Shown here: piece by piece, positions 13,236-25,290 of the stretch
How the letters are laid out: every line of letters starts with the position of its first letter
Position numbering within the stretch: position 1 is the stretch's first letter
Assembly: GCA_012295275.1 (NCBI GenBank)
Contig: CM022679.1
Coordinates: 21,390,001 to 21,454,000, forward strand
Origin: Chrysomallon squamiferum
Taxonomy: Eukaryota > Animalia > Mollusca
DNA: 64,000 nucleotides
Direction of reading: 5' to 3'
The notes under the pieces: model-generated
What the model saw: only the letters and a program-made list of their open reading frames with translations
Databases searched by the model: none
Told to the model about the DNA's origin: nothing
Program-made: the position numbers and the translations under genes

Positions 13236-14480
13236 CATACATACATATACATACATACATACATACATACATACATAAATACATACAGACAGACCAGACA
13301 GACATAAAGTATTCATATATAAATGTTTATTCTATGTAATTGATTTTGCGAGTAATATTAAGCATGGAGTTAAATATTAAAAATATTGCCTCTTTAAACT
13401 GAATGTTAATGCTGATGCACGTGCAAGTCAGATACAGAGGTGTAACTGAATAGTTTTAATTTCAGAACTGATGTACACCTACTGAAAAATATACGTTATA
13501 AGCAAAGGTGCCGCCATCTTTATTTTGAAGCGTGTTGATAAAAACATAAAAGAAAATAAGCGTTTTGCAAAAACAGCCATTTTAGTAGGATAAATTTATA
13601 AATAGCACGCACGTGTACACACGCACAAGCATCGTGTATCAATGATATACATTTGAATTTATTTACCTTAATTGTAGCCTCAAACATTTTTTCCCGTGTT
13701 CTCAGTTTGTTTGTTAATTAAATATTTAATTAAAAATATAAAATAAATACATTCATGTTGTCACCTTATTAAGAAAACAGAATTCGTAAACAATATTTCA
13801 AATATTTTTCAGATAACTTTGAAAAGAATACCTAATATTTCCTACAAGAAAGAAAAAAATTTATATAATGATTGAAAATAAATGATGATGATGATGATAA
13901 AATCATAATAATAATAATAATAATAAATAATTCTGGTTAAAAGTTGGATCAATAAATCTAATGAAAACAATGAAAATGTATCAAACGACAAAACAATAAA
14001 TGTTGACATTTCCTTAATGAGGTGACGATTCTGAGTAATATGAAAGGCAAAAAACAAAGACGAAGGAAACAGACAGGTTTTATTTAATGAAACGTTTGTT
14101 ACATACAGACTGACAGTGTTGTAAGACAAATGAGCTAAGCGTAACAGGATGTAACAGTTTGCTTGTGTAGCTTAAGCCGTGCAAACATGTAACACAGTGA
14201 CAGTGTGAAAATTAACAACATATCTGATTAAAATGTACATAAAAATCTCGTAGTGTTTATTTTGATAAATGACTGTTTATACAGTGGTTTTGGTTTTGGT
14301 TTTGCTAATACATATATATATATATATACACACACATACATACATATACATATTCAATGCTTATGTGTGTGTGTGTGACAAATTAAATATTAAAATAAAA
14401 AAAAAAATATACTGTAAACATGTAAAGAAGATAAATATATATGCAAATTTTCTTTCTTATGGTATTCCACATTTATATGG

Positions 14481-14518
<38 letters not shown>

Positions 14519-14997
14519 CCTTTGAAAAAAAAAAGAAGGAAAAAGACGATCTAGAAAAAAAAAAAATACTAACCATTTTCAAACGTATTTTCTCAAGAAT
14601 ATGATATTTTAAAAGCTGACATTCTTTTATTAGATGTACGTATCAGTCTGAAACACAGTATGTCGTCTGCTTATTATTAATTTGTCACGTGATTTATCGC
14701 CTGATTCTTACCTCTACTCTAACACAACGATGAATAAACTGTCAACATGTAATATAGAAATGTAATATAAAGCATATTAGAATATTAAAGAGTACTGCGT
14801 ATTAAAGTAACGTGAATTTAAAGAAATAAAATTTAAAAGGACCTGTATTGTATGGACAAAATATGGCGCTGCATTTGTTCGAGAGTGTGACGTAACCAAG
14901 GAAGGTGTGTTTGCTATGTAACAAATAAATTACATCAGAAATACGTGTAAGCTACACCTAAGTGAACGTCATCTCGTTGTATGAGATGGAACTTAAA

Positions 14998-15034
<37 letters not shown>

Positions 15035-16508
15035 TTTAAATAATAAGATATAATAACAAACAGTTAAACAAGATATAGCGACAAACATGTTGTGATTTTT
15101 GTTTGTTTTATCTTATTTATTATTTTTGTTGCACAATTTATAGTTCATTATATTTAAAACTGTTTTATATACTGAAGAATATATATATATATATATACTA
15201 ACTTATCAAGAAAACAAAGTGAAAAAAACCACCCAAAAACATTAAAAAAACAAACCAAAAATAAAAATAAATAAAAATGTCTATATATGTACACACATAC
15301 TCACAGATAATATTCATAACAAATACACAGACAAACGCAGGACAGAAAAACGTTTACATAGTCAACACCACAGCAACATCGAAAACTTCAGAACATTCCT
15401 ATTCGACCTTAATGCGCACTGGAACTAAAGTTCTGAGAATAAACAAAACCTGGACCATGAGTCTCAATACTTAGTGTCAGATTAGAAAATAAGGTGGCAC
15501 TGCCAACATTTAAGGGAGTAAAGTTCTGTTGTTTCAGAATCTGTAAAATGCTAACTGATATCAATGGAATTCTATCAGAACTGATTTTGAATAACTAACT
15601 GCCAGGAAAATTAAAGAAAACAACGTTCTAGGTACAGTTCATAACCTCTGAACTGCCATAATCACAGAATGATTTTAGAAATTCGAGTCACAATCTGTTA
15701 GCTTAAACACTAACATTATTATGTACTAAATAAGATATTATTATATAAGATTTACTAAAGCAAATGAAGAAAAAAAAAAAAAATGTTCGGCCGAATAATC
15801 TGCAAAAAAGGTATGAGATGACAGACAAACACTTCAAGAAATACAACAGACGTGTACAGCACTTTACTAGTTACAACACCCCACAGCTTCAAGTGAATTG
15901 TATCTTTAAATTTCACAGACGGTGCACATTATACTGTCAAAAGTTATTCTTCCACCTCTGTACCGTGTACACGATATGCATCTAAATCTTATATTTGTTA
16001 TTGTACCCCATAACGACTAAACACAAAGCCATTCACACCTTTTATTCAGAAGTTATAGAACGACAGTGCATGTCATGTTGGCAAATTGTTCTTGCATAAA
16101 CAATATCTGCTAACATCATTACAATAGATATATATATATATAATGTGTGTGTATGTGTGTGTGTAAAGATCGAAGATGAGCTTTTGGCACTTTATTTCAG
16201 TACATGTGGAGGTAGTAGGGTCAGTACAAATCGACAGGTTTGTGTGCTTTAACCGACACTATCACGTTTCTACACGCCCTGTATTTGAGAACGTCTAACT
16301 TGGGGTTATAGTTTTTATATCTGTTATATTTCTTGTATCTGCCTCTCTGTGGGGCACTGGAAAAAGAAAATTAAACTAAAATCGTCTCGATAAAGATGAC
16401 AAAATATTTTTGTTTTAAATTTGGATACCAGGAATTAAAGTAGTCAGTTGTTGGTGCTCTGGTGTATCTGTTTTATTACTGATATTACATTATTAACGTT
16501 CTATTACT

Positions 16509-16540
<32 letters not shown>

Positions 16541-16541
16541 A

Positions 16542-16619
<78 letters not shown>

Positions 16620-16695
16620 TTGTTATAGGTCTTTTGTCGTTATTATTATATTCATTATTATTATTATTAATAAGAATATTATTCATATTATTGTG

Positions 16696-16729
<34 letters not shown>

Positions 16730-17324
16730 GCACTCTTATAGCCTTTTTAATTATTCAGTGACAGAAATAAAACAAAAATAATGACAAATAAAGAAAAGCA
16801 CTAACAAAAGTATTATTATAATAAAACGTTTAAGATTCGATTATTAATCACTATTCGCACAACGTAAAAATAAATAAAATAAAAAAACAACAACTGAAAA
16901 AGCGCTAACAAAATTACTGAACAGAAAATTGTTAGAAGAGAGCAGAAACTGCAACTAGTAGTTATTGTTTAAAAATTCAAAAACAGAGAGAAACAAATAT
17001 CAGAAGAAATAATTAAAATAAATAAATAAATAAGGAAAACAAAAAAGAAAGAAAATAAAACACGCCTTATCGCAGCACTGAATTCACTTTTCACTAGATT
17101 AATTTCTATAAAGTCTGTCCGTCTTATGTTGTTTAGGATTTTGAATATTCTCGTACTTATGTACGTCTGAATAGACTCTGCACACAGATAATTCTTGGGA
17201 ACGTACTGGCGCAGGAGGACATAGTCCAATCACCACCTCACAAACCCGTCAGATGTAGTGTTTGTATGTATATATGTGTGTATGTGTGTGTGTATGTGTA
17301 TGTGTGTATATGTGTGTTTGGGTG

Positions 17325-17401
<77 letters not shown>

Positions 17402-17644
17402 AATTAATAATCTTACCAATAAGATAAATATAAAAATTAAGTATTTAATCATATATTAGTAATTAAACCTACGTATCACACAATCGTTAAAGAAGGTATC
17501 AGAAGAAAACGTCTGAACGGGCACATGTAACATTTTACAACACACAATACACCACATTGCGGAGTCACTGACACTGTGCATATGATTAGAGCAACAAGCC
17601 AACAAGCATTATTAGATCATTAACAATATACATCGAAAATACCA

Positions 17645-17945
17645 GCTTAGTAATATTTCTAAGCACATCAAATATAATTATACGTAAGATATTATTTTAG
17701 TAATATTTCTAAGCAACATCAAATATAATTATATCTAAAATACTATTTTAGTAATATTTCTAAGCAACATCAAATATAATTATATCTAAAATACTATTTT
17801 AGTAATATTTCTAAGCACATCAAATATAATTATAGGTAAGATATTGTTTCAGTAATATTTCTAAGCATATGAAATAGAATTATATCCAAGATACTATTTG
17901 AGTAATATTTCTATAAGCATATCAAACATAATCATATCTAAGGCA
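17645..17945. repeat. ~51-bp minisatellite, ~6 copies
   Basis: agtaatatttctaagcaacatcaaatataattatatctaaaatactatttt repeated. Confidence 0.9.
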
Positions 17946-18576
17946 CTAATTTGGCGTTAGTTCTAAAGAGCACTAGAGGGTATTATGAGATTACAGTTAT
18001 AATACAAGTAAATATATTACAGTATATTAGTGTATAGTCAATAAGCAGGTCTAATACTGATGTATTCTGTATTATTTTGTAACTGAATAAGATTTGTGAT
18101 ACACTAATAATGATCTAGCGGTAATAATGTTCTCATGAAGTCCAACGTGTAATAACCAGCAAATCCAAAGGGTAGGAACCAGGAAACCCATATTCTATAA
18201 CCAATGATCAGTGTGGCATAATTATATGGGATGGAGATAATATTTTAAACTAAATGTGTTAAGTCTATGCCCAAACCACATTATTAATAATATTCAGAGG
18301 AATATTTGCCTGAATGAGAAAATGTTAATATTATTCAGAATTGTTATCACATGCAAAAATCATGCAGTACAATATCTATTGTTATCATTCTTCGTATATA
18401 TTTGTACGTTAATATCACGAAATAGATGTTGTTGATTTTGAACATGTGTAAATTGCAGGCGGTTATTTCATGGCCTCTGTAATGTTTATATATCAGATTT
18501 GATAATAGAGCGAAGTCCGGAAAATACTGAATACATCAATATTAGATTTGAGAAGTTGGTTGACAACAGGCTGTCA

Positions 18577-19047
18577 TTACGAACCGCCAGACGGAGGCAA
18601 ATATTGAACTGACCCTTCTTTCGGCCGTCTCTGCCGCTGCGACAACAAATAGTCGTCAATTTCCGTTTCCGCCGTTCCTATTTCCGCTTCCTGTATCACC
18701 TTCTGCTCATGCGTAGGAGAATATCCGGTGGCGACATGAGTCAGTTTGACCATGGTGGGGAGTGATTCTGGTTCTTTCGGTGATGGCGGGGGTAACGGCG
18801 GTGGCGAGGGGCGGGAGGGAGACCTGAGAGGTGACGGTTCCTGATTCTGCGCAGTCGAGGTTTGTGATATTGTTGTAGTGAACACTGAAGAACTCGCGGG
18901 TCTGTTCTTGGTGACCACGTAGTCTACTATCGTGTAGTCGTCCGGCGTTTTTGTTTCGTGTTCCTTGGAATTCTGGGAAAGGATTATTTGAGAACGGGTC
19001 GAAGAACGCTTCAGTCTCTCTTCCTCTTCCATGTCCAGCACTTTGGC
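18577..19047 (-). CDS. Orphan membrane protein, proximal alternative last exon, Pro/Ser/Thr-rich tail (AKVLDMEEEERL...PSPPPLPPPSP...PPSGGS*)
   Basis: tttcag|GCC acceptor (phase 0). 471-nt open frame ending in TAA. The ORF-track N-terminal poly-Leu is an intronic (TTA)n artefact. Confidence 0.75.
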   Translation of the reverse strand, partial: AKVLDMEEEERLKRSSTRSQIILSQNSKEHETKTPDDYTIVDYVVTKNRPASSSVFTTTISQTSTAQNQEPSPLRSPSRPSPPPLPPPSPKEPESLPTMVKLTHVATGYSPTHEQKVIQEAEIGTAETEIDDYLLSQRQRRPKEGSVQYLPPSGGS

Positions 19048-19119
19048 CTGAAATTCAAGAGATTTAAGTTTTAAAGATACTGTATTCCGAAAAATCTTTG
19101 ATACAAGCAAGAATGAAAA

Positions 19120-19173
<54 letters not shown>

Positions 19174-19307
19174 TAATAATAATAATAAGAAGAAGAAGAA
19201 TAACAATAAGAATAAGAATAATAACAACAACAAAAACAACAACAATAGCAAAAACAATAATAATAAATAAATAAATAAATATATAAATTTTAAAAAATAT
19301 GACCTAC

Positions 19308-19332
19308 CGTTTCTTCATAACTTTTTCGGATC
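19308..19332 (-). CDS. Orphan membrane protein, 25-nt microexon (read as RSEKVMKKR or RIRKSYEET)
   Basis: ctgtatttcag|GATCCGAAAAAGTTATGAAGAAACG|gtaggt. Two of three frames are open, and each connects in phase to a different downstream terminal exon. Confidence 0.65.
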
Positions 19333-19658
19333 CTGAAATACAGAAATTATTTTTAATAAATATTTGATTTAGATTTGCACATATCATTATTTATTTATTT
19401 ATTTATTAATTTATTGTATGGTGTATGAATTAGAGTAAATCAAATAAAATAATTAATTATATTTTTGTATTATTATGTCGTATCATGTTTAAAGAAAGAA
19501 AATTTTAATCTATCTGGTTTTTTAATTTCAGTAATGTCAGTAATTTCAGTACAACAAGTAATGTATACTAACCATTCGGGGTGCTTGCTAAGCTTTGGAC
19601 GACCTAAAACAAAAATAAAATAACGAGAGATCATACTGTTTGTTTAATCTGATTTAGA

Positions 19659-19765
<107 letters not shown>

Positions 19766-19986
19766 TATAATATGAAAAAATAGTATTCCTAGAATAATAA
19801 ATGTTTTGAAGATTAGTTAAAATTTGACCAAATCGGAATATCGGAAAATAACTCTTATTAGATTCCATTACCAATCTAATAGCATTGCAAATCTTCACAT
19901 ATATATCTACATTTTCTTGACACAATCTGTCATATAAATTCAAATTCAATGCTAGTTAAAATTCACAAAGTAATCAGTAAACTTAC

Positions 19987-20330
19987 TGTGTTTCCACCTC
20001 TCTTTGTCATGAGACACGTCTCCGTTTGCCTCTGCTATGTACACGGCCTCTCTGTACTGGAACTCTGTCGTCGATCGCGGACTCATTCGAGCCTCGCTTC
20101 TGACGTAGTTTTCCGGTCCTTCGTATGTTGCGATGTACTGAGGCCTGTACGCAGACAGGTGCATAGCTGACGTCACGCCGGGGTACTGGTACGCAGTCGG
20201 GATGTAGTACGCGGAACCGTTGCACTGAGACAGACCCGTCACTTTAGTACTCTTCGTGGCCATTGTACTTCCGGTCGCCATGCTTAAAGAGCGCATTTTC
20301 TTGTGACTGTGACGTTTCTTCTCATTGCGT
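19987..20330 (-). CDS. Orphan membrane protein, 344-nt cassette exon (RNEKKRHSHKK...DKERWKH)
   Basis: tatcag|A acceptor (phase 2) and A|gtaagt donor (phase 1). Places a basic juxtamembrane cluster directly after the TM helix. GC-rich, coding-like composition. Confidence 0.75.
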
Positions 20331-20371
20331 CTGATAATAAAATATTTCACTGTGACTACAAGCTCAGTGCC

Positions 20372-20446
<75 letters not shown>

Positions 20447-20679
20447 AAATCTTAGATTAACATTTTAGATTTGTTACCGAAAACCATGAACGACAATAAA
20501 AAAGAGCTTCAAAAAACACAGCAACATTTTTATTAATATCATCTTCATTATCATCATTATTAATTATTACTATTATTACTTTTATTTATTTATTTATTTA
20601 TTAATTTATTTATATATTTAATTATTTATTTATTTATTTATTTATTTTGTAACATAAATAACAAGAGATCTGTTGTTAC

Positions 20680-20780
20680 CTCCAGCACCACCATGCAATG
20701 AGTGCTATCAAGACAAATATGATGACGGCGACGATTACAGCGGCAACGACTAACTGTGTGATGTTACTTTCCACCGCCAT
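20680..20780 (-). CDS. Orphan single-pass membrane protein, TM exon (MAVESNITQLVVAAVIVAVIIFVLIALIAWWCW-R)
   Basis: ttccag acceptor (exon starts 20789), ATG at 20780, AG|gtaac donor (phase 2). About 24-aa hydrophobic helix preceded by an NIT sequon. Not listed in the ORF track. Confidence 0.8.
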
Positions 20781-21855
20781 TGTCCGATCCTGGAACAGAA
20801 TAATAAAACACAGGTCAGTTCGTTTAGTTGTGTTCAGTTTATTTTTGTATTTTAAAATGTCATTTTGTTGTTATTTCTTGTTACAATTATCTAAAGCTAT
20901 GTATATATTTTGATAGACGCTTAGGTGCGGATGTACGCAGAAATATATCCAAAAAAAAAATATAATAAACAATAAAATAAATAAAAAATAAAATATTATA
21001 TAGTAAATTATTGTCAGAAATAGTGGCTCGCTTAATGGCTAAAATAACGTAGCACTCTGTTCAGAATCAGAATTACGTCAATTTTGGTCCAGTAAAAGTT
21101 CAGAATCAATAATGACACTTATTTGCAGCCTACAGAGAGGCTGATATTGGTTTTACATACTCCGTTATATGAGTTGGGAAACGAGATCGATCCTTTCTGA
21201 TGGCCGTTTTGGGTCATTTCACGACCCACCCAGTATGAATACGAAGAGCATATTGTTAAAGACAGCTTGTTGGTTCATTAAATGACGGAAACGAACTTTG
21301 TTTTTTTTTTTTTTTTTTTTTTCCGTGTATTACTACTATATAAAAAAAATCGAAGCAATTATACCAAAATATCAACATAATGTCTCTAAATGAGTAATTA
21401 TGTATTAATTCCTTCCCCTCTTATGTTTTAAATACGTTAAAAGTTATACAGAATGCTGGAAAAGGTGAACATATGTAATGAGAAAAGATTTATTGTGTGT
21501 ATGCATTTTCTTAAAGAGAATCACTGAAGCTGATCTTTATCTACTCTTCATTCTTGCGTTTAAACTCAAAGGATTGAAAAAAAAAAAAAATGTATACAAC
21601 CTAAAATTGAGAGGTTTTTTTTCTTCTCTCCCGCTTATGTGAATACTTCCTGGTAGAAAAACATGAACTGTCTGTATGTATGTGTGTCTGTATGTCTGTA
21701 TGTGTAATGTCATGTAAATATGTGTATATACATATGTGTGTTTTATTTTAAGTACCTCATCTAACGACAGGTTACATTTTGGATTTTTATATATTAAAAT
21801 TATTTCAATGACTAAACATTCTATAGCACAAAATAATAAATAAATCAATAAATAA

Positions 21856-21917
<62 letters not shown>

Positions 21918-22015
21918 ATTAATATATAGTGCGAGATGCCTTATATTACGTTTAATTTTTTAATTTTATTTTTTTTATTATTATTATTTGTTTTTTTAAA
22001 TTCTTTTTTATTTGT

Positions 22016-22048
<33 letters not shown>

Positions 22049-24038
22049 CACTTTTTTTTTTTTTTTTTTTTGCAATGTTTAAATTAATTCGTGTTTCTAT
22101 GGAGACGTCTCACTGTTTTAGTGTAAATCGTTACACTTGACGGATCGATTCATTAATTTATTGGCGATACCGAGTTAAACATGTTGACTACATTATCTTA
22201 ATGAACACTGGAAATTACGTAAAAGAGATTTTCGCATGAGAACCCTCCAAGGTGACCTTCATCTCTTGTTCAGTCTAGCACACTGAAATGAAACAGTTCC
22301 GAATATGTTTGTTTAATAAGACGAAAGTTATAACGATTTAAAGGGTATCGCAGTATAATTTCAAAATTATATGTAGGTGTTTGACAGCGTTATTAAAAAA
22401 TCCATTCATTTATACATTCTCTTACACACACTCACACACACGCTTTAATAAATTACCCTTAAATATGTGTATGTGTATATTAAGTCTACATGTTATTGGT
22501 TATATTAACTTCACTTCTGATACATTGTTGTTGTTTTTTTTAGGCAATATGATAATCACAGTTTCGCTAGATTTTTTTATAAGGGTAACATTTCTGTGTG
22601 ACATTTCACTCTCAGCTGACGGTAAAACCTTGCGAAACGGGGTCTTCATGGCCAGGTAACAAAGTACAATGATGATATTTACGTATTCCGCGTTCCATAG
22701 ATCTACCCCAATCTCTGTACTGTCTGTGTGTTCAGTGACGCGGTAAACGACAAGACGAGGACATAAGTAAAGTTTTTTTCCAAACTAGAACGTGAATTCT
22801 CTCCTTTCTTTCTTTTTTCTTTTGTCTTTTTAAAGGTCGAATTATTTGCCAGCGTACTTCAATTAAATTCATTTATGTTAATGTTGCTCTTTATGATGTT
22901 GTTTTTGTTGTCGTGATCTCTGATGGTGGATATAATCGTTGTCGTCTAGATTGATAATGTTGTCGTTGTTTCCATTTCATGTCAGGTTTGTGTGAAGATC
23001 TAGAACGATAAGGGGACTGATTGTTCAGAAACCCTTTTAGCTGTGGTAGGAAGCGGTATCAGTTTCAAATACCTTCCATATTTATAAAGTCTGTGGTTTA
23101 TTGTGACAGGAACTGAGAAAGGTTTAATATGCTCTCAACAACCACTTACATTTATCTTGGAATGCACTGTGGCAATAAATTATCTCAAACAATGTATAAC
23201 CAAAACAATAGAAATGAAAATTAATAAACGTAAACAGAGAAATATGTTAAGGAATAATTAATAATTTATTCAAATATTAATGACATTACTTGAGTTTCTT
23301 TCAATGAGTATGCTAAATAAAGACTATATATATATATATAAATAGTCTCTATATGTATATATTTAATTTTTACTAATACTTAAACAAAAATACATATCGT
23401 AGATAATACCAAATGAACAACAATGAAATGTTACGGTATAATCGATTTTTTGTATGATTCCTTGAACTAGATTTCACAAATAATATTATCTGATAGTCAA
23501 TAAATGAATCGATATTCTGGATTTTAGTGAAAGTATTTTCATTTTAAGAGCTTTCTTGTGTAACCTGATTACTAATCGAAACATTGATTAAACACGGACA
23601 AAAGAACGCGTTCGATTTTCAGTTTGTCTTACAAACACATGGCTGGTATCTGCGTTAAGAAATCTCTAATAGAAAGTGGTAATCAAAAGCTCTCACTCGA
23701 AATAGCTAGTTCAGTAACTATAGCATGTCATAATTCGAAGCATTTAGAGCTGTAAATAAATAAATAAAATCAAAATAAATAAAATAAAATAAAATAAAAT
23801 CCAATATCAGTTATTTATGTGTATGTATGCACGGGTGTTTCAGAGACCCTACCTTCTTATTATCAGTTATATTTTTCATAAATTATTAAATAAAATTAAA
23901 TAAAATAAAATAAAATAAATAAAATTAAATAAAATTAAATAAATAAATCAATAAATAAAATTAAATAAAAATATCCCATTTGTATATAAAACAAAATGGA
24001 AATAAATATAATAAATTATTCTTCAGAATAGATTGTTT

Positions 24039-24082
<44 letters not shown>

Positions 24083-24454
24083 ACTAAAAAATCCATTCAT
24101 TTATACATTCATTGTCAGCCATCGCCTTTCAACAATTGTTCTTTTTACCATGCAGTCATTCATTCGTTCTTAATGTCTTACATCAAAAACAAATTTAAGA
24201 ATAATAATAATAATATTAATTTTAATAAATACGTGATGCTTTTTAAAAAACGAAGGTATTTGTTGTGAGTCACTTCTGTTGACTACGTTGTAACAAAACA
24301 CGATTGTCTCTCCGCATTGTCGGGGGCAGCGATGAGAACTGGGTGTGACTTATTTAACGCATGATGTTAACCCATAGAAATAACATGATGAACTTTCACA
24401 GGCAATACAGTTCACACATTCATTGAAATAATACTGGAAATGCTTTTATTATTC

Positions 24455-25290
24455 AAAGCTATCTCAAGTGAAGCTCGCATTATGAACGTCTTCAAAGCTA
24501 TTTCAACTGAAATTCGCATTATGAACTTATTCAGTGTCAAGCGAAGTTTTGATTATAAACCATTTAGTGCTATCCCGAATGAAGCTTATATTATGACCGT
24601 ATTCAGTGCTGTTCCGAATGAAGCTTACATTATGAACGTATTCGGTGCTATCCCGAATGAAGCTTACATTAGGAACGTATTCGATGCTATCCCGAATGAA
24701 GCTTACATTAGGAACGTATTCTATGCTATCCCGAATGAAGCTTACATTAGGAATGTATTCGATCCTATCCCGAATGAAGCTTACATTATGAACGTATTCG
24801 ATGCTATCCCGAATGAAGCTTACATTATGAACGTATTCGATGCTATCCCGAATGAAGCTTACATTATGAACGTATTCAGTGCTATTCCGAATGAAGCTTA
24901 CATTATGAACGTATTCAGTGCTATTCCGAATGAAGCTTACATTATGAACGTATTCAGTGCTATCCCGAATGAAGCTTACATTATAAACGTATGCAGTGCT
25001 ATCCCGAATGAAGCTTGCATTATGAACGTATGCAGTGCTATCGCGAATGAAGCTTACATTATGAACGTATGCAGTGCTATCGCGAATGAAGCTTACATTA
25101 TGAACGTATTCAATACTATGCCGAATGAAGCTTGCATTATAAACGTATTCGGTGCTATCTCAACTAATGCTTATATTATGAACGTACTCAATACTATATC
25201 GACTTGAAATTATATTCGGAACGTATTCACTACTATCTCGACTGATAGTTGTATGAACGTATTAGAAATCTCATTATGAACGTATTCAGA
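24455..25290. repeat. 39-bp minisatellite, ~20 copies
   Basis: Unit gctatcccgaatgaagcttacattatgaacgtattc(gat/agt), degenerate at both ends. One frame is stop-free (AIPNEAYIMNVFD)n. Confidence 0.95.

Noticed and set aside
21184-21233. gagatcgatcc B-box-like stretch
   Set aside because: Too short and degenerate to call. Possibly another SINE remnant.
24440-25290. CRISPR-like array
   Set aside because: Units are contiguous with no unique spacers, there are no cas genes, and the context is eukaryotic. The same applies to the 17.6-kb, 53.7-kb and 54.5-kb arrays.
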